DNA of 64,000 nt, taken from contig NC_087438.1 of NCBI RefSeq assembly GCF_036321535.1, forward strand, positions 11,720,001 through 11,784,000. Reading direction: 5' to 3'. Source of the DNA: Camelus dromedarius. Taxonomy: Eukaryota. The translations under genes and the position numbers were made by a program. Positions 1-14,339 of the stretch are shown here, one piece after another (positions within the stretch are counted from its first letter, which is position 1; each line of letters starts with the position of its first letter). The notes under the pieces were generated by a model. That model saw only the letters and a list, made by a program, of their open reading frames with translations. It had not been told where the DNA came from and ran no database searches.

Positions 1-14
1 TATGACCCAGAAAA

Positions 15-121
15 ATTACTGTGCTTCAGTTTCCTCATTTGCAAAATGTAATAGAACATAGTATTGCCATATAGAGAACCTGTATAGGACACTCTATAAA
101 TGCTAGCTGTTGTTATTATTT
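15..121 (+). mobile_element. MIR SINE fragment
   Basis: cttcagtttcctcatttgcaaaatg core and ttattatt tail. Confidence 0.7.
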
Positions 122-1149
122 TGTCTGTAATGTATATTGTAAAAGTTATCTTTTACTTGTAATACTATAGGTTTATGTTTACACAGACATGGGAGTGTGT
201 GCCCATATCTTTATGCTTTTCAATAAGAAACACTAGCACTTACATAGTGCTTACCATGTACCTTTTAAGCACTTCACATATATTAATCTATGGTTCTGAA
301 GGAGGAACTGCAATGGAAATTAGAAAGTATTTTGAACTGATAATGAAAACACAACCTAATAAAACTTATGGGTTGCTTTTTCCATTATGTTTCCTAATTA
401 ACCATCCCTGGTGTCTTAAAAATGTTTTAGTTTCTGTTCACTTATTTTGAATCTAGTTTCAATGCTGAACAAAGCCTCAGGCAAAGGGCTTATGAGCTAT
501 TACTTTATTAGGAATTACCATTCCCAGAAGCAGGAATGAGGCCCAAGAGGAGTGAAGCAGGGGAGATGGGAGACCTGATGTGAGCACACACCACCAAGAC
601 GGCTGCCTATAAGTGTGCTGGCTCAAAGCCCAGACCCGCCCCCAAGGAGCTGTGCAAACTGCACCCCCCGACAGGTCTCTGGGGGACGAAGAGGATAGGG
701 GAGAAAGGCACATTCTTTGGAAAGGAAGGGGAAATATTTTATCTACCAGTTTCCATCTTCTTCTTTCTCTCTGGAATATTAGCTCCTCAATTCCCAGTCT
801 TGGCTGAAATCCAACCCAGTAAGCTCACTTCTCTCCAGGAACTTGGCCCCTCAAGTCCAAGCTGCTTCAGCTGCCTCTGAGGCCTTCAAACAGAATCCTT
901 TTTTTCAACATATCCAACTTTTCTGTTTCTTCTCATTGAGACATTAGTCTACCACAAACCCAACCAATCAGATCAGAAATGAAAACTCACCTGTTTTCCT
1001 TTGTAATTTTTTCATTGCTGTTTTTCCCTAAATAAGAGTTTTCATTTTGATTAATTCTTGACCTAAGAATCATTAAGAACTATGTTGGGCTTTGTTTTTT
1101 GTTTTTTTTTTCAGTTAAAAACAAATTCTCTAAATGACAAAATCGTTAA

Positions 1150-1562
1150 TTCTCTTAACAACTGGGTTGAAACAATAACATATTATCTCACCATTTCTGT
1201 GGGGCAGGAGTCTGGGCAGGACTCAGCCGAGTGTCCCTGGGTTTGTCCCAGGCTGCAATCAAGGTGTCACCCAGAACTGAACCACCTCAGAGTGCCACTG
1301 GGAAAGGATCTGTCTCCAAGCCCACTCATGTGGTTGTTGGCAGAATCCCATTTTTCCAAAGGATATTGAAGTAAGGGTCTCAGTTCCTCCCTGCCTGTGC
1401 CCTGAGATGTCTTCAGCTCCTTGCCAGGTGGGTGGCTCAACATGGCAGGTTTCTTCATCAACTAAGCAAGTGAGAAGAGCCCGAGGGAGAATCCAGCAAG
1501 AGGAAAGTCAATCTTTTTTGTAACCTCCTCTTGGAAGTGATATTACATCACTTTTATCGTAT
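1150..1562. mobile_element. MLT1 (ERVL-MaLR) LTR
   Basis: aaacaataacatattatctcac..tctgtggggcaggagtctggg typical of MLT1. Confidence 0.7.
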
Positions 1563-1564
1563 TT

Positions 1565-1643
<79 letters not shown>

Positions 1644-1665
1644 CTTTCTTTCTTTTCTTTCTTTC

Positions 1666-1701
<36 letters not shown>

Positions 1702-1789
1702 TCCTTACTTTCCTTTCTTTCTTTCTTTCTTTCCTTCCTTCCTTCCTTCCTTCCTTCCTTCCTTCCTTCCTTCCTTCCTTCCTTCCTTC
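1563..1789. repeat. (TTTC)n/(TTCC)n microsatellite at an L1 tail
   Basis: Directly visible; abuts antisense L1 3' end. Confidence 0.95.
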
Positions 1790-1992
1790 TATTGAAGTAC
1801 AGTTGATTTATAATAGTGTATTAGTTTTAGGTGTAGTTATACACATAGTTATACACATACAGCATAGTTATACAATTATTTTTATAGGTTATACTCCATT
1901 TAAAGTATTATAAAATATGGGCTATATTCCCTATGCTGTACAGTATAACCTGGAAGCTTATTTACTTTACACGTAGCAGTTTGTGCCACTTA
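1790..1992 (-). mobile_element. L1 3' end
   Basis: attgaagtacagttgattta...ggctatattccct motif shared with other L1 ends in the window. Confidence 0.8.
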
Positions 1993-3169
1993 AGCTAGGC
2001 TTTTTCTATGTTTGAAGAATCTCCTGTGGTATTTGGAAAAGCCTGCGTACCTCTACAGAAAGTGAAAATGTCAGACACCACGGATTCACCGCTTTCCTGG
2101 TGGCTGGCCTACAGGTACATGATCTATGTGTAGTCACTGAGATGTGCCGCTGCAGACTTTGAAATAAATTAGTTTATGGGAAGAAACAGTGGGGCAGCTG
2201 CATCTAAGTACCAGGCGCAGCGGTGAGGTGGAAGCACTTCAGATCGGGCATTCAGTACCTCAGCGGTCCAAGTTGTAATATCTTGACCTGATTATCTGCC
2301 TACTTCCTGGTTCCCTAGATTCTAAGCCTAATTCTCGGACTTTCTTGGAGATATTGTGAGCTACTCAATATTTTTAAGTAAATTCCTTTCTTTGTTAAAT
2401 TAGCCAGAATTATTTTCTTTAGCTCATAGTGGAGAAAACTGAGTGCTAAATTGTCCTCATCATCGTAGTATTCCATTCCTTCTTGCATCTCCATTGAGAT
2501 CAGCATCTCACCATCTCTGCTCTTTGTCCTCTATTTTCATTTCTTTTTGTTTTTTTTTTTAATTTTTGCTCACCGATTTTGTATTTTTGTCTTTTCCCTG
2601 TGTACACTAAGATATTTGTGTGTGTCTTTCATCTAATGATTTATTTTTCCAATGACAATTTGACTTCTGTAATTTCATTTTTGCATCATTTTCAGTCTTC
2701 CCCATTGCAATTAAGTTACTTCTTATTTCTACCTGCCTCTCAGGTGTATCCCTATTCATGCAAGAATGGAATTTTCATCTCTTCATTGATCTCTTATTTC
2801 ACAAAATTTATCTACTCTTAAATTTTATTGAGTATGAAAGCAAATATTTCCCCAGATTAACCTCTGTTTTCAATAGTAAATTTTTACATGTAGAATTTTC
2901 CTGGAGCTTAAGTGCTATGTTCTCTTCCATTTAAGGTGCAGAATCTTTTCAAAGATCCATTGTTATGAGAATAAATTCTACTTCAGGGCATTCACTGTCA
3001 CCTGGTTGCTGCTAGAATTCTTTCAGATTTCACCTAGAGAGCATGATGATATACAAACATTTTTAAAAAATTAGATTAAATCTAAACTCACGGGAAAAAT
3101 ATGGTATATTCTTTATAGTGTTGACTCCCAGACAGGAAACTTCAAAAGTAGAATGTGTTGTTTATAAAA

Positions 3170-3960
3170 TAGGTTAACATATAAAAAATTCTACCATAAC
3201 ATGATCAAAGTCAACTGACAAATAGCAAACTCCAAAAAAAGGCAGTATTCGAAAAAAGATTAATGTCCTTGATGCCCATAAATAAATATATAATTCTTAC
3301 TACAAATTTTATTGATTTATTATCGATTATTGACAAGGAAGAAACCAATAAGCTTATAGACATGGGCAAATTTCATGAATAGATAATTCACAGGGAAGGA
3401 AATATAAATATTTTTGAACTTATGAAAAGATAGTCATCTCAAAATAATAGAATTGCAAATGAAAGCTATAATATAATTCCATTTCTTACCTATCATCTTG
3501 GCAAAATTATGTGGCATACTGAGTGAGCAAGGGTTTGGAGAAATAGTTACATCATGCATTGTTATTGGTAGTATAATATTTGCACAGTCTTTATGAATGT
3601 TGTCAATATCTTTTAAAATCTAAAATGTGTAAACCTTTTGCCTCAGCAATTCCACTTGAGGGCTTTTCCCCCACAGATGCACTTACACATATGCTTGAAG
3701 ACATTCTACTGGACTGTTAATTGTGACATTTTCTGCAGTAACAAAAGGTTAAAACAACTTAAATTTCCATCAATAAGAGGATGGTAAAATAAATTATAGT
3801 ACATTATATGATGGAGTACACTGCAATGCTGAAAACACTGAGATGGCTCTGGTCATTCCAACGTAAAATAATTGCCAAGATACGTTGGAAATGGTAGGAA
3901 AGAAAACAGTGTCCTGGACAGTGTTTACATCATGTTATCACCTAGAGAAATAAAAAGGAG
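3170..3960 (+). mobile_element. Old L1M 3' fragment
   Basis: atgggcaaa..atgaatagataattcaca; cagcaattccactt; tccatcaata. Confidence 0.7.
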
Positions 3961-5374
3961 GCACCTACCTAAATGCTGGGTGTGCACTGAATAACTCTAA
4001 AATGATACAAGAAACAAGTCATATTGTTGAATCTTGGGAAAAGCACTGTGGGACAAGTGGGCAAGGGTGGGATACAGCGATATTTTCACTACCTGCTTTC
4101 TGTAACATTTGATACTTGACCACACACATGATTTCAAAAATGTAATAATTAAAGTCTGTATGAGCTTGCATGATCCAGTTGCCCACTTTTTATGTACAAG
4201 TGCTTCAACTGTTTTGCTTGTGTCTTTTAATGGTAAAAATCCAGGCAGGTGGAAGTTTTACTTGGGAGCCTAAGGTTCTCAGGCAATTTTATGAACCAAA
4301 TAAAGGCTAATTTTTAAAAAAATAATGGAAGCAAAATTATTTGCAGAGGTATCTTGGCAATAAATTCATTCGATAGTAAAATAGCTTTGAAGAATAAGAG
4401 CTGATGTTCAAATGTTGGTCCTTTGAAAGTAATATTGATTCAGAACTTGAGCAAATGACATTTAAAAAACCTGTTCAATCAAGAGGATGCAGGCCCACAT
4501 GCCTCCGTATGTGTGGATTCCCAGTACACATGTGGTACCTTCTTATCTTCCTTGCAAATTATCAGGACTTTGATCTTTGCTCTGAAATTATTTCACCCGT
4601 GTTGATGATTTCATATTAAAAAAAAAAAAAACTTGGCCTTACTTTTGCATTTTCTTTCATTTCTTCTTTTTTACCAGTTAAATTTATTATATTTTCATCT
4701 GAGTGGGTGTTTTCTCTTTATTAAGACTGCTGGACTGAGTTCATAATGTGCAGTTAATCTATAGCAGTCTTTAAAATAATATGCCAAGACTTTGAAAGGA
4801 TTGGAGTTTTATGAGTAAGAGTCACTGCTTCATTTGCAAAATTGTATTTAGGGAAAAAATTAAAGGGTCTTCAAGCCATTTTTCTCTCTAATAGACTAAG
4901 AATCAATTGAGTTAAAAAAACAGACATACACACCTGTATCTAATGGTGTTGTCCTGTCCAGATATTTCAGAAATGTTTTTGCTCAAAATAAATGAATAAT
5001 AATTGTTGAAGTGGGAATTCAGATTCAGAAGGAGTTTGTTAAATCAGCCTCTTTTATGTAGGTTGAAATTTTTCACTTAAAAAAATTTTTTTTCAAAGGC
5101 TGTTTACCCAGACACCTAGATTTATAATCCCTCACTTCCCCTAACAGCACCTCCTTCTCTTCCCTCTCTTTCCCTCTTCCCTGCCCTCCCCCAAAAGAAA
5201 GAGCTGGATGAGGTCACTCTGTGAAAGATGGTTTATTCATTCAACAAATTTTTCCCAAGGACTTCTCTGTTCTAGGTTTGGTGACCACAGTGCAAACAAG
5301 ACAAAGTTCCAGACTTCACAAGGCTTAAATCCTAGAAGGGAGGGCAATAAATAAAAACCATGCATAAGATCAGA

Positions 5375-5930
5375 TAGTAATTCATTGGTGTACAATCACA
5401 AAATTTAGTAACTTAAAATGACTTATTTGTTTGTGAGTCTGTGCATTGGCAATTTGGGCCAGGATCAGCTGGGAAGATTCACTTACACCAGGAGAGATCA
5501 GTTGGGTTCATGTATGTGTGTGTATATATATATTTTAATTGAAGTACAGTCAGTTACAATGGGTCAATTTCTGGTGTACAGCACAATGCCCCAGTCATAC
5601 ATATACGTACATGTATTTGTTTTCATATTCTTTTTCATTAAAGGTTATTCATGTATATATTTGTAGTTAGTTGTAGTAGATTGGCAGTTGGCTTGGATTG
5701 TAGGCTGGGCACCTCAGTTCTCCACCACATGGCCTCTCCAGTAGACTAGCTTTGGCTGATTCAAATGATGATCTTGGAATTCTCAGCCCAGCAAGTGAAG
5801 GCAAGACCTAAAGCACAAGGAATTTTAAGTCTACGTGTGAGTCACAGACTTTGTGTAAGTTGTATAGGTTAAAATTTCCCTCTCTTAATTACACAGAGAG
5901 GGAAATCATTGCATCTATTTTTGCAAAAAA
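5375..5930. mobile_element. MLT1 LTR with nested short antisense L1 3' end (~5530-5650)
   Basis: MLT1 motifs around ttaattgaagtacagtcagttacaat. Confidence 0.6.
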
Positions 5931-7324
5931 ATATTCCACATATATTATGTACCAAGGATGCCAGATTCAGGCATCTGCATGCAGGTATGGACCACTGGCT
6001 ACCATGATGGACTGCTTATATTTTGCTTCTACATGTCTCAAAGTACATTTATTTTTTAAAAAAAAAATTTTTTTTCTTGTCCATTGCAAAATGCTGCATT
6101 AAACAAAGTTAAACAGCTATTATTATTATTATCATTATCATTAATATCAACATTACTCAAGTCTTCCCAGGGAGTACCAGGGAGTTTAATACACCACCAT
6201 CGAATGGGAATCCCTAAAATGGGCCATTTCCTTTGTTGCATTTCACAGACTTTTTTGACCACAAAGTGTCTCCCAAGGCAGATGATACCTGACTCCAGAC
6301 AATTGTTGCCATCAAGATTGTGGGTTCAATATTTCTAGATCTTCCAGGGATTCAAAAAATGCAGGAAAGCTTCCTTGATGTGAAATTTCCTAATGTTTAG
6401 ATATTGACATATTGTTCAAATATCTTTTAAAGATACACTATAAATACATTTTTAAAAATAAGCAAAATACAACTGCAAATCAAGCATGGCTAGTTGGTGA
6501 CTTTAAAGGACCAAGGTGACTCTTGGGAAAGAACTCGTGCTGATGGAAGGCAGAGTGGAAGCTCAGAGGTTTTGTGAAAGGACAAAGGCACAGTTAGACG
6601 GGAAGGACTGGCTCTGAGCACAGCACAGAGTCTGTCACTCAGGCTGATCTCAGCTCAGTACAAGGCCTCACATGAGTCCCCCTAAGGGGAGGACAATACA
6701 AGATTGAAAACAAGCAACAAACTGTTCTTGATAACCTCCAGGGGCACCAAGAGCTCAGGGAGTGAGTATCTGTGTTGAAAACATTGGTGGCCTCAGCTCT
6801 GGACTCTCAGCTTCAATACTCTAGGCCTTGGTGTCCCAAGGAATCAGCAGGACCCTCTTCCTGATGGGTCCACTTCTCACTGATCGTTGCTTGTCAATGG
6901 GAACAGAGATGGAGAGAGGCGGTTCTCCCCCTTAACTTTCCTACTTGAAGGAAGCTTTCTCCCTGAAGCACATTAACTGTGTCCATTCTTTTTCCCCATC
7001 TGATCTGATATATATTCAAAACTCCTGACCTTTAAGGGCATTAAAGCTACTCCTCTAAGCCACCCACTCCTCCCAAGATTTCTGTTTATGCTTCCACCTC
7101 TATTGTAGTAAATTGTTTTTTCCAGAGCTGTGCCATCCACATGCTCTAATGCAATGTGACTTTGCCAGTCCCCCATCAACAGGTGGAGTCTATTCCTTTC
7201 CCCTTTGAATCAGACTGGCTTTGTGATTCTCTTGCAACCAATCCAATGGGAGGAAGTCACTCTGTATGACCTCAAAAAGGGCCCGCAGCTGCTGTCTGTT
7301 TCTCTTGGTTCCCTGGATCCACTG

Positions 7325-7550
7325 CAGGTTTTCTCAACCTCAGCGCTATTGATATTCCAAGCTGAATAATCATTTGGTGGGAGGAGTGGGTGGGGGTTGT
7401 CTTATGCATTGAGGATATTTAGCAACATCCCTGGTGTCTATGTATTAGATGACAGCAGTACCTTCTCCCCCAGTTGTAACAATCAAAACTATCTCCAGAT
7501 AATATCACCAACTGTCCCCAGGGAGGGGAAGCTCACCTCCTGCTGAGAAT
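7325..7550. mobile_element. MER20 (hAT) nested in an MLT1 LTR (~7130-7905)
   Basis: ttctcaacctcagcgctattgat...cagttgtaacaatcaaaactatctccaga. Confidence 0.75.
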
Positions 7551-8571
7551 CTGTTCTGTAGGAAGCCAAGTAAAATTTAAGAAACTCAACTACTCAAGAC
7601 CACCATGCTGGAGACATCACATGTAGGTGTTCCAGTCCACAGTCTCAGCTGGGGCCCAGCCTCCCAGCCACCCGCACCAAGCCACTAGGTTTGTGAGTGG
7701 AGCCGTCCTGGACCCTGAGTGACCCGTCAGCCAGCTGAGTACCACTGAGTAATATCAGTCAACGTCACTAGAAGCAGAAGAATTACCCAGCTGAGCCCTG
7801 CCTGAATTCCTTGCTACAGAATCTGTGACATTTAATTTTTAAAAGACTGCCTTTTCAACCCACTGAGTTTCAGGATATTTTGTTATGTAGTACTAGTAAC
7901 TGGAGCATCTATATAGATGAAAAGTGAGGAGATATGATGGAATTTAACAAAATAAAGAAAATGGTGTTCATTGCTTGTCCTTAGATGTTTATTATAATTT
8001 TTATAATTTTCTGTGGAGCAAACGAAGTTGCTCTCACTCATGTAACACATATTGATTGAGGACCCATGTTTGTGCCAGGAATCATGTTGGACCCTAGAGA
8101 CAAGAAAACAAATATAACATTTTAAATCATTACGTCTGTGTAATTTCCTTCACGTGTCCTGTGAATCTAACCAACATTCTCACTTTTATGAGTTAATGAC
8201 CTTGACATGACCTTCACTCTTCTGTTTTTTGCCTCTGCTCATGCCAGTCTTCTTCCTGGAACTTACTCTTCCCTCTCCATTTTCTTAAATCTTGTCAGCT
8301 TTAGGGCCAAATCCAATACCACCTCCTTCACAAAACCTTATTCTATCCCTTAGGCTGAATTACTTTCATCCTTTTTTTTTTTTTTGACTTTCACTTTTTC
8401 CTCCTCCTCTCCCAAGTTTAATATTACATATTATCATCCTTACTCAGCATCTGGCTTTGCCACCTACTTCACAGAGAAAGTTGAACTCATGAACATTGAA
8501 TTCTGTTGGCTTCCAGCTTCCCAGCCCACAAACCCAACCACATCTGTGGTGCAAGCCACCCAGCCAATCTC

Positions 8572-9076
8572 TTGAATTAGTCAGGGTCCTCCAGAGAAAC
8601 AGATCCAAAAAGATAGAGATAGATATGGAGAATTATTATAGGAACTGGCTCACACAGTTACGGAGGGTGAGACATTCCATGATCTGCCCTTTGCAAGCTA
8701 GAGAATCAGGAAAACCAGTGGTATAATTCAGTTCAAGTCCGAAGACCTGAGAATAGGGCAGATGGTATAAGCCCAGTCTGAGCACACCTGAGAACCAGGA
8801 GCACCGAAGTCTGAGGGTAGGAGAAGATGGATGTCTCAGTTCAAGCACAGAGAGCAAATTCTTCTTTCCTTGGCATTTTTGTTCTAGTTGGGGCCTCGAC
8901 AAATTAGATGATGCCCACCAGCATTGGTGAGGACCCTCCTCTTCTTTACTCAGTCTACTGATTCAAGTGCTCATCTCTTCCAGAGACACTCCCGCAGCCA
9001 CACCAGAAATAATGTTTTACCAACTCTCTGGACATCTCTTAGGCTAGTAAAGTTGACCCCTAAAATTAACCATCAC
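8572..9076 (-). mobile_element. MLT2 (ERVL) LTR
   Basis: attagtcagggtcctccagagaaacaga ... taaaattaaccatcac. Confidence 0.85.
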
Positions 9077-9099
9077 TCCTCTTTAGCCACATTTTCATA

Positions 9100-11150
9100 G
9101 AACAATTGAAAAATTGCCTTCAGTTGAAAGCCACTCCATCTCTCCTCTGGATCTGTGGCTTCTCACCTCTGGGAGCCAGAGCCACCCTTTTCCCCAAAAT
9201 TTCTCTGTCTCTGTCTCTGTCTCTCTCTTTATCTCTTTCTTTCCCTTTTGTTAGCTTCAGCTAAAAATAATAACTCGCAGCCTCTGACACTGACAAAGGG
9301 GAGACTCCTTCTGGATTCTCTCTAGCTCTATTCATTTTTTCTTCTCAGGGTCAACGTTCTTGAAAGAATTCTTTTCAATCACTGCCTCCACTTTTAATCC
9401 CTAAATTATTCTTTAATCTTATATCATTTCCTACTTCCTCATCCCTATACATGGCCCTCACCCTCATCCCCATCACTCACATGTTCTACTAAAACTTCTC
9501 TGGAGAAAGTGGCCACTCACTTCGTTGTCACTACACAATATCGTTATAATTGAGAGCTGCCCACTTCCTCCTGCTTCCAACTCCCTTGGCCTTTCAGGAC
9601 GCTGCTCTCTCTCCCCTGCAACTCCTTCTTGGTCTTTTTGAGTTTCCAGGGGGAAGGGCTCTTCTCTCTCTCCTGCACATGGGTGAATATTCTCTTCTCT
9701 TCTCACTAGTTCCCACTTCTCTCCTCACTGGGCCACCTGAGCACTCTCGGATACTCCCGGAGCTTCTTCACCGAAACAGCTCCCTATTCACTGCTTCCTG
9801 TCTCAACCACTCTGCAGAGCCCTGAACTCAGAGATTCAGCTGCCTCTTGGGCCTACCCACTTCATCGTCCCTCAGATACCTCAAATGCTACAGATTCAAG
9901 AGCAGACTCATGATCTATCTGTTTAAATACATCCCTCCTAAGGTCTCCACCTTGGGGAACAGCACCATTCTCACTGAAGCATCTGACAGAGGCGCCGCCC
10001 TTTATCAATTACCAGATCCTAAGGATTCTGCCTCCTTTAATTTAGCTCACGTCCATCTACACTGACTCTGCCTTAGCTCAGACCCTCGTCATTTCTCCCC
10101 TGGACTATTGCAGTAGCCTTTTAATTAACCCCCATCTCCAACTTTGCCCTCCCTCCAACTATTCCCTACTCCACTGCAAAATTTATCTTTCTGATAAAAA
10201 CATTCAATTATCTTGGTGACATGATTAAAATCTTCCTTGAGGATAAAGTCCAAGTTCTTCAGACTTCACTACCTGGTCCCTGCTCGCCTTTCCCATTTCA
10301 CTGCTTGCTGCCCTATCCCCGGCACACTGGCTGCACTGAGTGTATTTTCCGTTCCTCGAGAACATCATACACCTCCAGGTCCATGACCTGCCAGTGTGAT
10401 ATTTTGCTCTATTATTTTCTCTTCATCTTTCTGGCATATCTCCTCCCACTTTACCCCTTTCTTAATTGGCTAATCTAATCAGATGAGTTGGATAAGCCAA
10501 CTGTTAACAGATTAGCGCTGTATTTAGAAGATGTATTTGTTAACTCAGTGTAACAATAAAAATATTACAACTTAAGTTTCTGGGTTTTTTGACTAGTAAG
10601 ATGATTCAGTGTTAAAATACATCTCTCAGCTTTGTCCCCATAGAACTTAACGTTTCCAAGCAGTTTTAATAGCTGGTATCTTATTTATCTACTCACTTTT
10701 CTTCTCTCCCCACCCCCCCACTAGAAAAGATGCTCCATGAGGCCAGGGACTCAGCTGGGTTGTTGCTGTAGATCTCATGTGCCTCAAACAGTGCCCAGAG
10801 GAGGGTGGAAGTCAGTCCGTATGTGTCCACTGAAACAGTGAATAAACACTGAATCTTAACAAGCTTGGTCCAGTTGTCAACTCCTTGGGTAGCATTCCCT
10901 GATGCTGCCAAAGGGGAATAGTGTGGGATCATTTCCCTGTGACTCAGCATACCCCAGGGCTCTTCTCTGTTACAGCACTTAGAACAGTATATTGTAAGTG
11001 TCGGTAGCCCTGTCTCTCCTTCTGCCCCAGACAACCTTATCATCACCATCACCTCCTTGAGAGCGGGAGTGTCTCTCTAATGTCTGTACCTGCAGCTTTA
11101 AGCACAGTGCCAGACACACAGTAGTCGTTCAACAAATGTCTTAAGTAAAT
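9100..11150 (+). mobile_element. L2 fragments
   Basis: Pyrimidine-rich L2 body; 3' end agcacagtgccagacacacagtagtcgttcaacaaatg. Confidence 0.65.
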
Positions 11151-11307
11151 AACCCCGCAGCACCTTCCAGGGCAGCATTCTACATGCACTCTTGGTCTCT
11201 TTTGCTGGCCCACAAACACTTCGAGAATAGGAACTCTTTTCCCCCCACCTTCCTCCCAGTGTCTGTTACCATGCTCTTCGCCTTCTAAACACACAATAAA
11301 AGTTGAA

Positions 11308-11313
11308 TTTAAT
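11308..11313 (-). terminator. Poly(A) signal ATTAAA of the pseudogene
   Basis: 5 nt after the predicted stop, followed by T/GT-rich ttttattgtgtgttt. Confidence 0.5.
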
Positions 11314-11318
11314 CACCA

Positions 11319-11579
11319 TTAGTGTTTCATATGTTCAGATAAACCTAAATGGAGCTCATCAAAAACAACAAGATGTTCATTTTCACAACGCTGACCAGCA
11401 ACGTCATGCCCGGATATTGAAACAGATGGTTAGTTGCAACTTTTATGATTATATGGAACACGTTCTTTCAAACAACAAATTGCTGTGGAACCTTTTGGCA
11501 TCTAGTCCATGCTTAATAGTTTGCCTGGTTTCCATTCGGGTTTTGCACGAAGGTTTCTGCTATCTTCAATCAGGACCTC
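11319..11579 (-). pseudogene. Terminal pseudo-exon
   Basis: atcttcctag acceptor; 87 codons to TAA with two internal stops; KGSTAICCLKER vs KGATLCVICQDR. Confidence 0.6.
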
Positions 11580-13276
11580 CTAGGAAGATAATTTCTGTAG
11601 CCAGGGTACCTGACCCACCACAACCTGGATAAAATAGCCTTCAGAACAGTTTGACTCCCTCTGCTGCCACTGTGTGCTCACCAAGCTTACTCATTACTTA
11701 TCTGTTGCGTGATGAGAACTAGACATTTTCCTGGTCTACCTCCTGGACAGTGTTTACTTAGCCCTGAAATTTTCTGACTCTGAATCTCTTCCTGTGAGAT
11801 TTTACATTTTTTTGGAATATGACTCCCAACCTGATACAATTAGATGCATCAACATTTGTTTGATAGTAGCTATAATTTAATTTCCTCAGTATTTGATAAA
11901 CATCTTTGCACCCAGATCAAGATTTGGGAATTAAAAAAGGTTCTCATATGATTTTGAGGATAGATTGCTTTAGCTGTTGGTTAACTTTATCCAAATTTGT
12001 TTATAGTTTCTAATGTATATAAAACATGTTGCTTTTACTAATCCAAGTGTTCACATAACATATTGATTATTGTGAGAATATACATTTTAATCACAGTAAG
12101 TCACACTGTACCCAGGTTAGATTCTAAAATCAGCCTATTTGGCAAAAATCACATGTAAAAACTTATCGTTGACAGTCACCCAAGTGAGGGCAGAATTTCC
12201 GTTCCTCCCAAGTCAAACCCAGTTGAACCCAGGTCTCTTTTCACATCACCATGGATTGCTGTTTCATCATTTTCACACCAAATGAAATTGCTGGCTTGCA
12301 TGTAAGGGCCATTTTGTATGAATAACATATGTCTATAAAACAAGAATTATTGTCAGTAGTGTGCGATGGTCACACAACCAGAGGCTCCCAGAGTCAACAC
12401 CAAGTTTACCTCCCATTTAACACTCACTTAAGAGCACGTGCTCCTTGGTGGACTGTCAGGCACTCACTACATGTCTTGTCTCTCACTTTCTCTCTCCAAA
12501 TTAGATAACTCGTCAAAGTTAATCCTGCATAGTCTGTGTCTAGAAGTTTTCTTAACTGTATTAAATAGCTTATTACAAACCTAACTGAAACCAAGAATCT
12601 GTCAAGGAATCAACCCAGCTTTCCATGTCTGATCACAAGTCTGATTTCTGTTCTGGAGTTCTGAACTTCCCTTACTATGGTCATACATAAGGACAAATCG
12701 TCTTTGTCTCTCTGTTTTACATGTTAATGAACATAAAAGACAGCCCTGACAACATCATCTCTGGTTCTATTTAGGACACTGCGTTTTCTTAAATAGCTAA
12801 CTAAGAAAATAAGGCATAGCCTACAGCAGCCATGCCCCACCACCCGGCACTCCCCACCCACTCCAGTTGCTTGCACTTCTGTGCTGGTGGTACCTGGATG
12901 GGGAGTAAGTAAAAGGTTCTGCAAAGCCACCTATCAAACACTTCTTGGCACTGGCTGCCAGGGGATCTTGCCTGAACTTGACCCTCCGCTATATGTGCCC
13001 ACGGCCCCACTGGGCTGGAGTGCGGCCTCGCCTCCCCCAGCTGACCCATGGAATTCAGTCCCAGGCAGAGGGCAGCGGTATCTGAGGGAAGGTACTTGGA
13101 GAGGCGGGATGAGCGGGACATAGGGACTCAGGAGAATTGGCTCTGGGGAGGCAGGTCCGAAACCTGTCAGAAGGTGGACTCACACCTGACCCAAGGCTCC
13201 AAGCCCACGGTGCATGCTTCCTTGGCCCTTAGGCTTCATTTACAAAGCACAGATTCAAACGAATTAAGAATTAAGA

Positions 13277-13377
13277 GGGGGTGGGTAGGGTTTAGTGGTA
13301 GACCGTGTGATTGGCATGCATGAGGTCCTGGGTCCAATCCCCAGTACCTCCATTAAAATAAAAGTCATCTTTAAAAA
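13277..13377 (+). mobile_element. tRNA-derived SINE (camelid-type) with 11-bp TSD
   Basis: A box tttagtggtag, B box ggtccaatccc, A-rich tail, TSD aagaattaaga at 13266-13276 and 13378-13388. Confidence 0.85.
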
Positions 13378-14219
13378 AAGAATTAAGAATTTCAAGACAG
13401 CAATTGCAGAGCAGGAAACCCCAGGCACGGGGTCTTTCTGTGTGGTGGGTCCTGTGTGGCTGCTCTGGCCACACACTGTGCAGCCTGTCCTGGCTCCTGG
13501 CCACACCAACAGCTAGCTGGTCCTGCCAGGCCAGCTCTCAGCGAGACGGGGTTGCTTTTCTCTTTCTCAGAGGTATACATCTAGCTGCAAGAATTCTGGA
13601 GCCCAGTATTGAAAAGGGGACAGGAGATTGAACTGTTCCCATAAAGTATGTCATGTTTCATTAAATGCCCTTGTTTTCAGTGTCCCCACCATCAGCCAGA
13701 AATTCCCAAGCCTGAATTTCCTGTTTCAAATTCTTCATAGAGTAATCCTCAAGTCTTCTGCCAGGTAGGAGGAGCTGGAATCAGGATTAAAATGGAAGAA
13801 GAAAAGAGACCTGGGGGTAACTGCTTCTAACATATAAGTACTTGTAGACAATCTATCTGTCTTCAGTCCCACGCAAACCCCATTTTCAGAGGTATGCAGT
13901 ACTTTCCATTTCCAAAAAAGTCCATTTCTGGACTTTGGTGATAAAACCTGACTTGGCTTTCCGTCTCCGACTTATATTTCAATTTCTTCTGCACTGCTAA
14001 TTCAGTTACCACTTGCTCATTTCCTTTCTAGTTCCCAAAATTATGTTGCTATTCCCTTTACGCCTATTCTTTTTATCCTCTGAGCTTTTTGCCTTTTCAA
14101 AAGCTCTATAGTTGTCATCTTAGTAAGGTTTTGGAAGGGCAGAATTGTTTGCACATGTGTAATCAAGTCTACATATTTAACTGAAAGTCTCTCTTGTTTA
14201 TTTCCTTCCCCATTTAAAA

Positions 14220-14305
14220 AATTATTTTTTATTCAGGTATAGTTGATTCATAATGTGGTGTTAGTTTCAGGTGCTCAGCAAAGTGATTCAGTTACCCAAA
14301 TACAT

Positions 14306-14339
<34 letters not shown>

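Noticed and set aside
600..700. TATA-like and GC-box motifs
   Set aside because: No CpG island or linked exon; insufficient evidence for a promoter
13277..13352. Possible tRNA gene
   Set aside because: A-rich tail and TSD indicate a SINE
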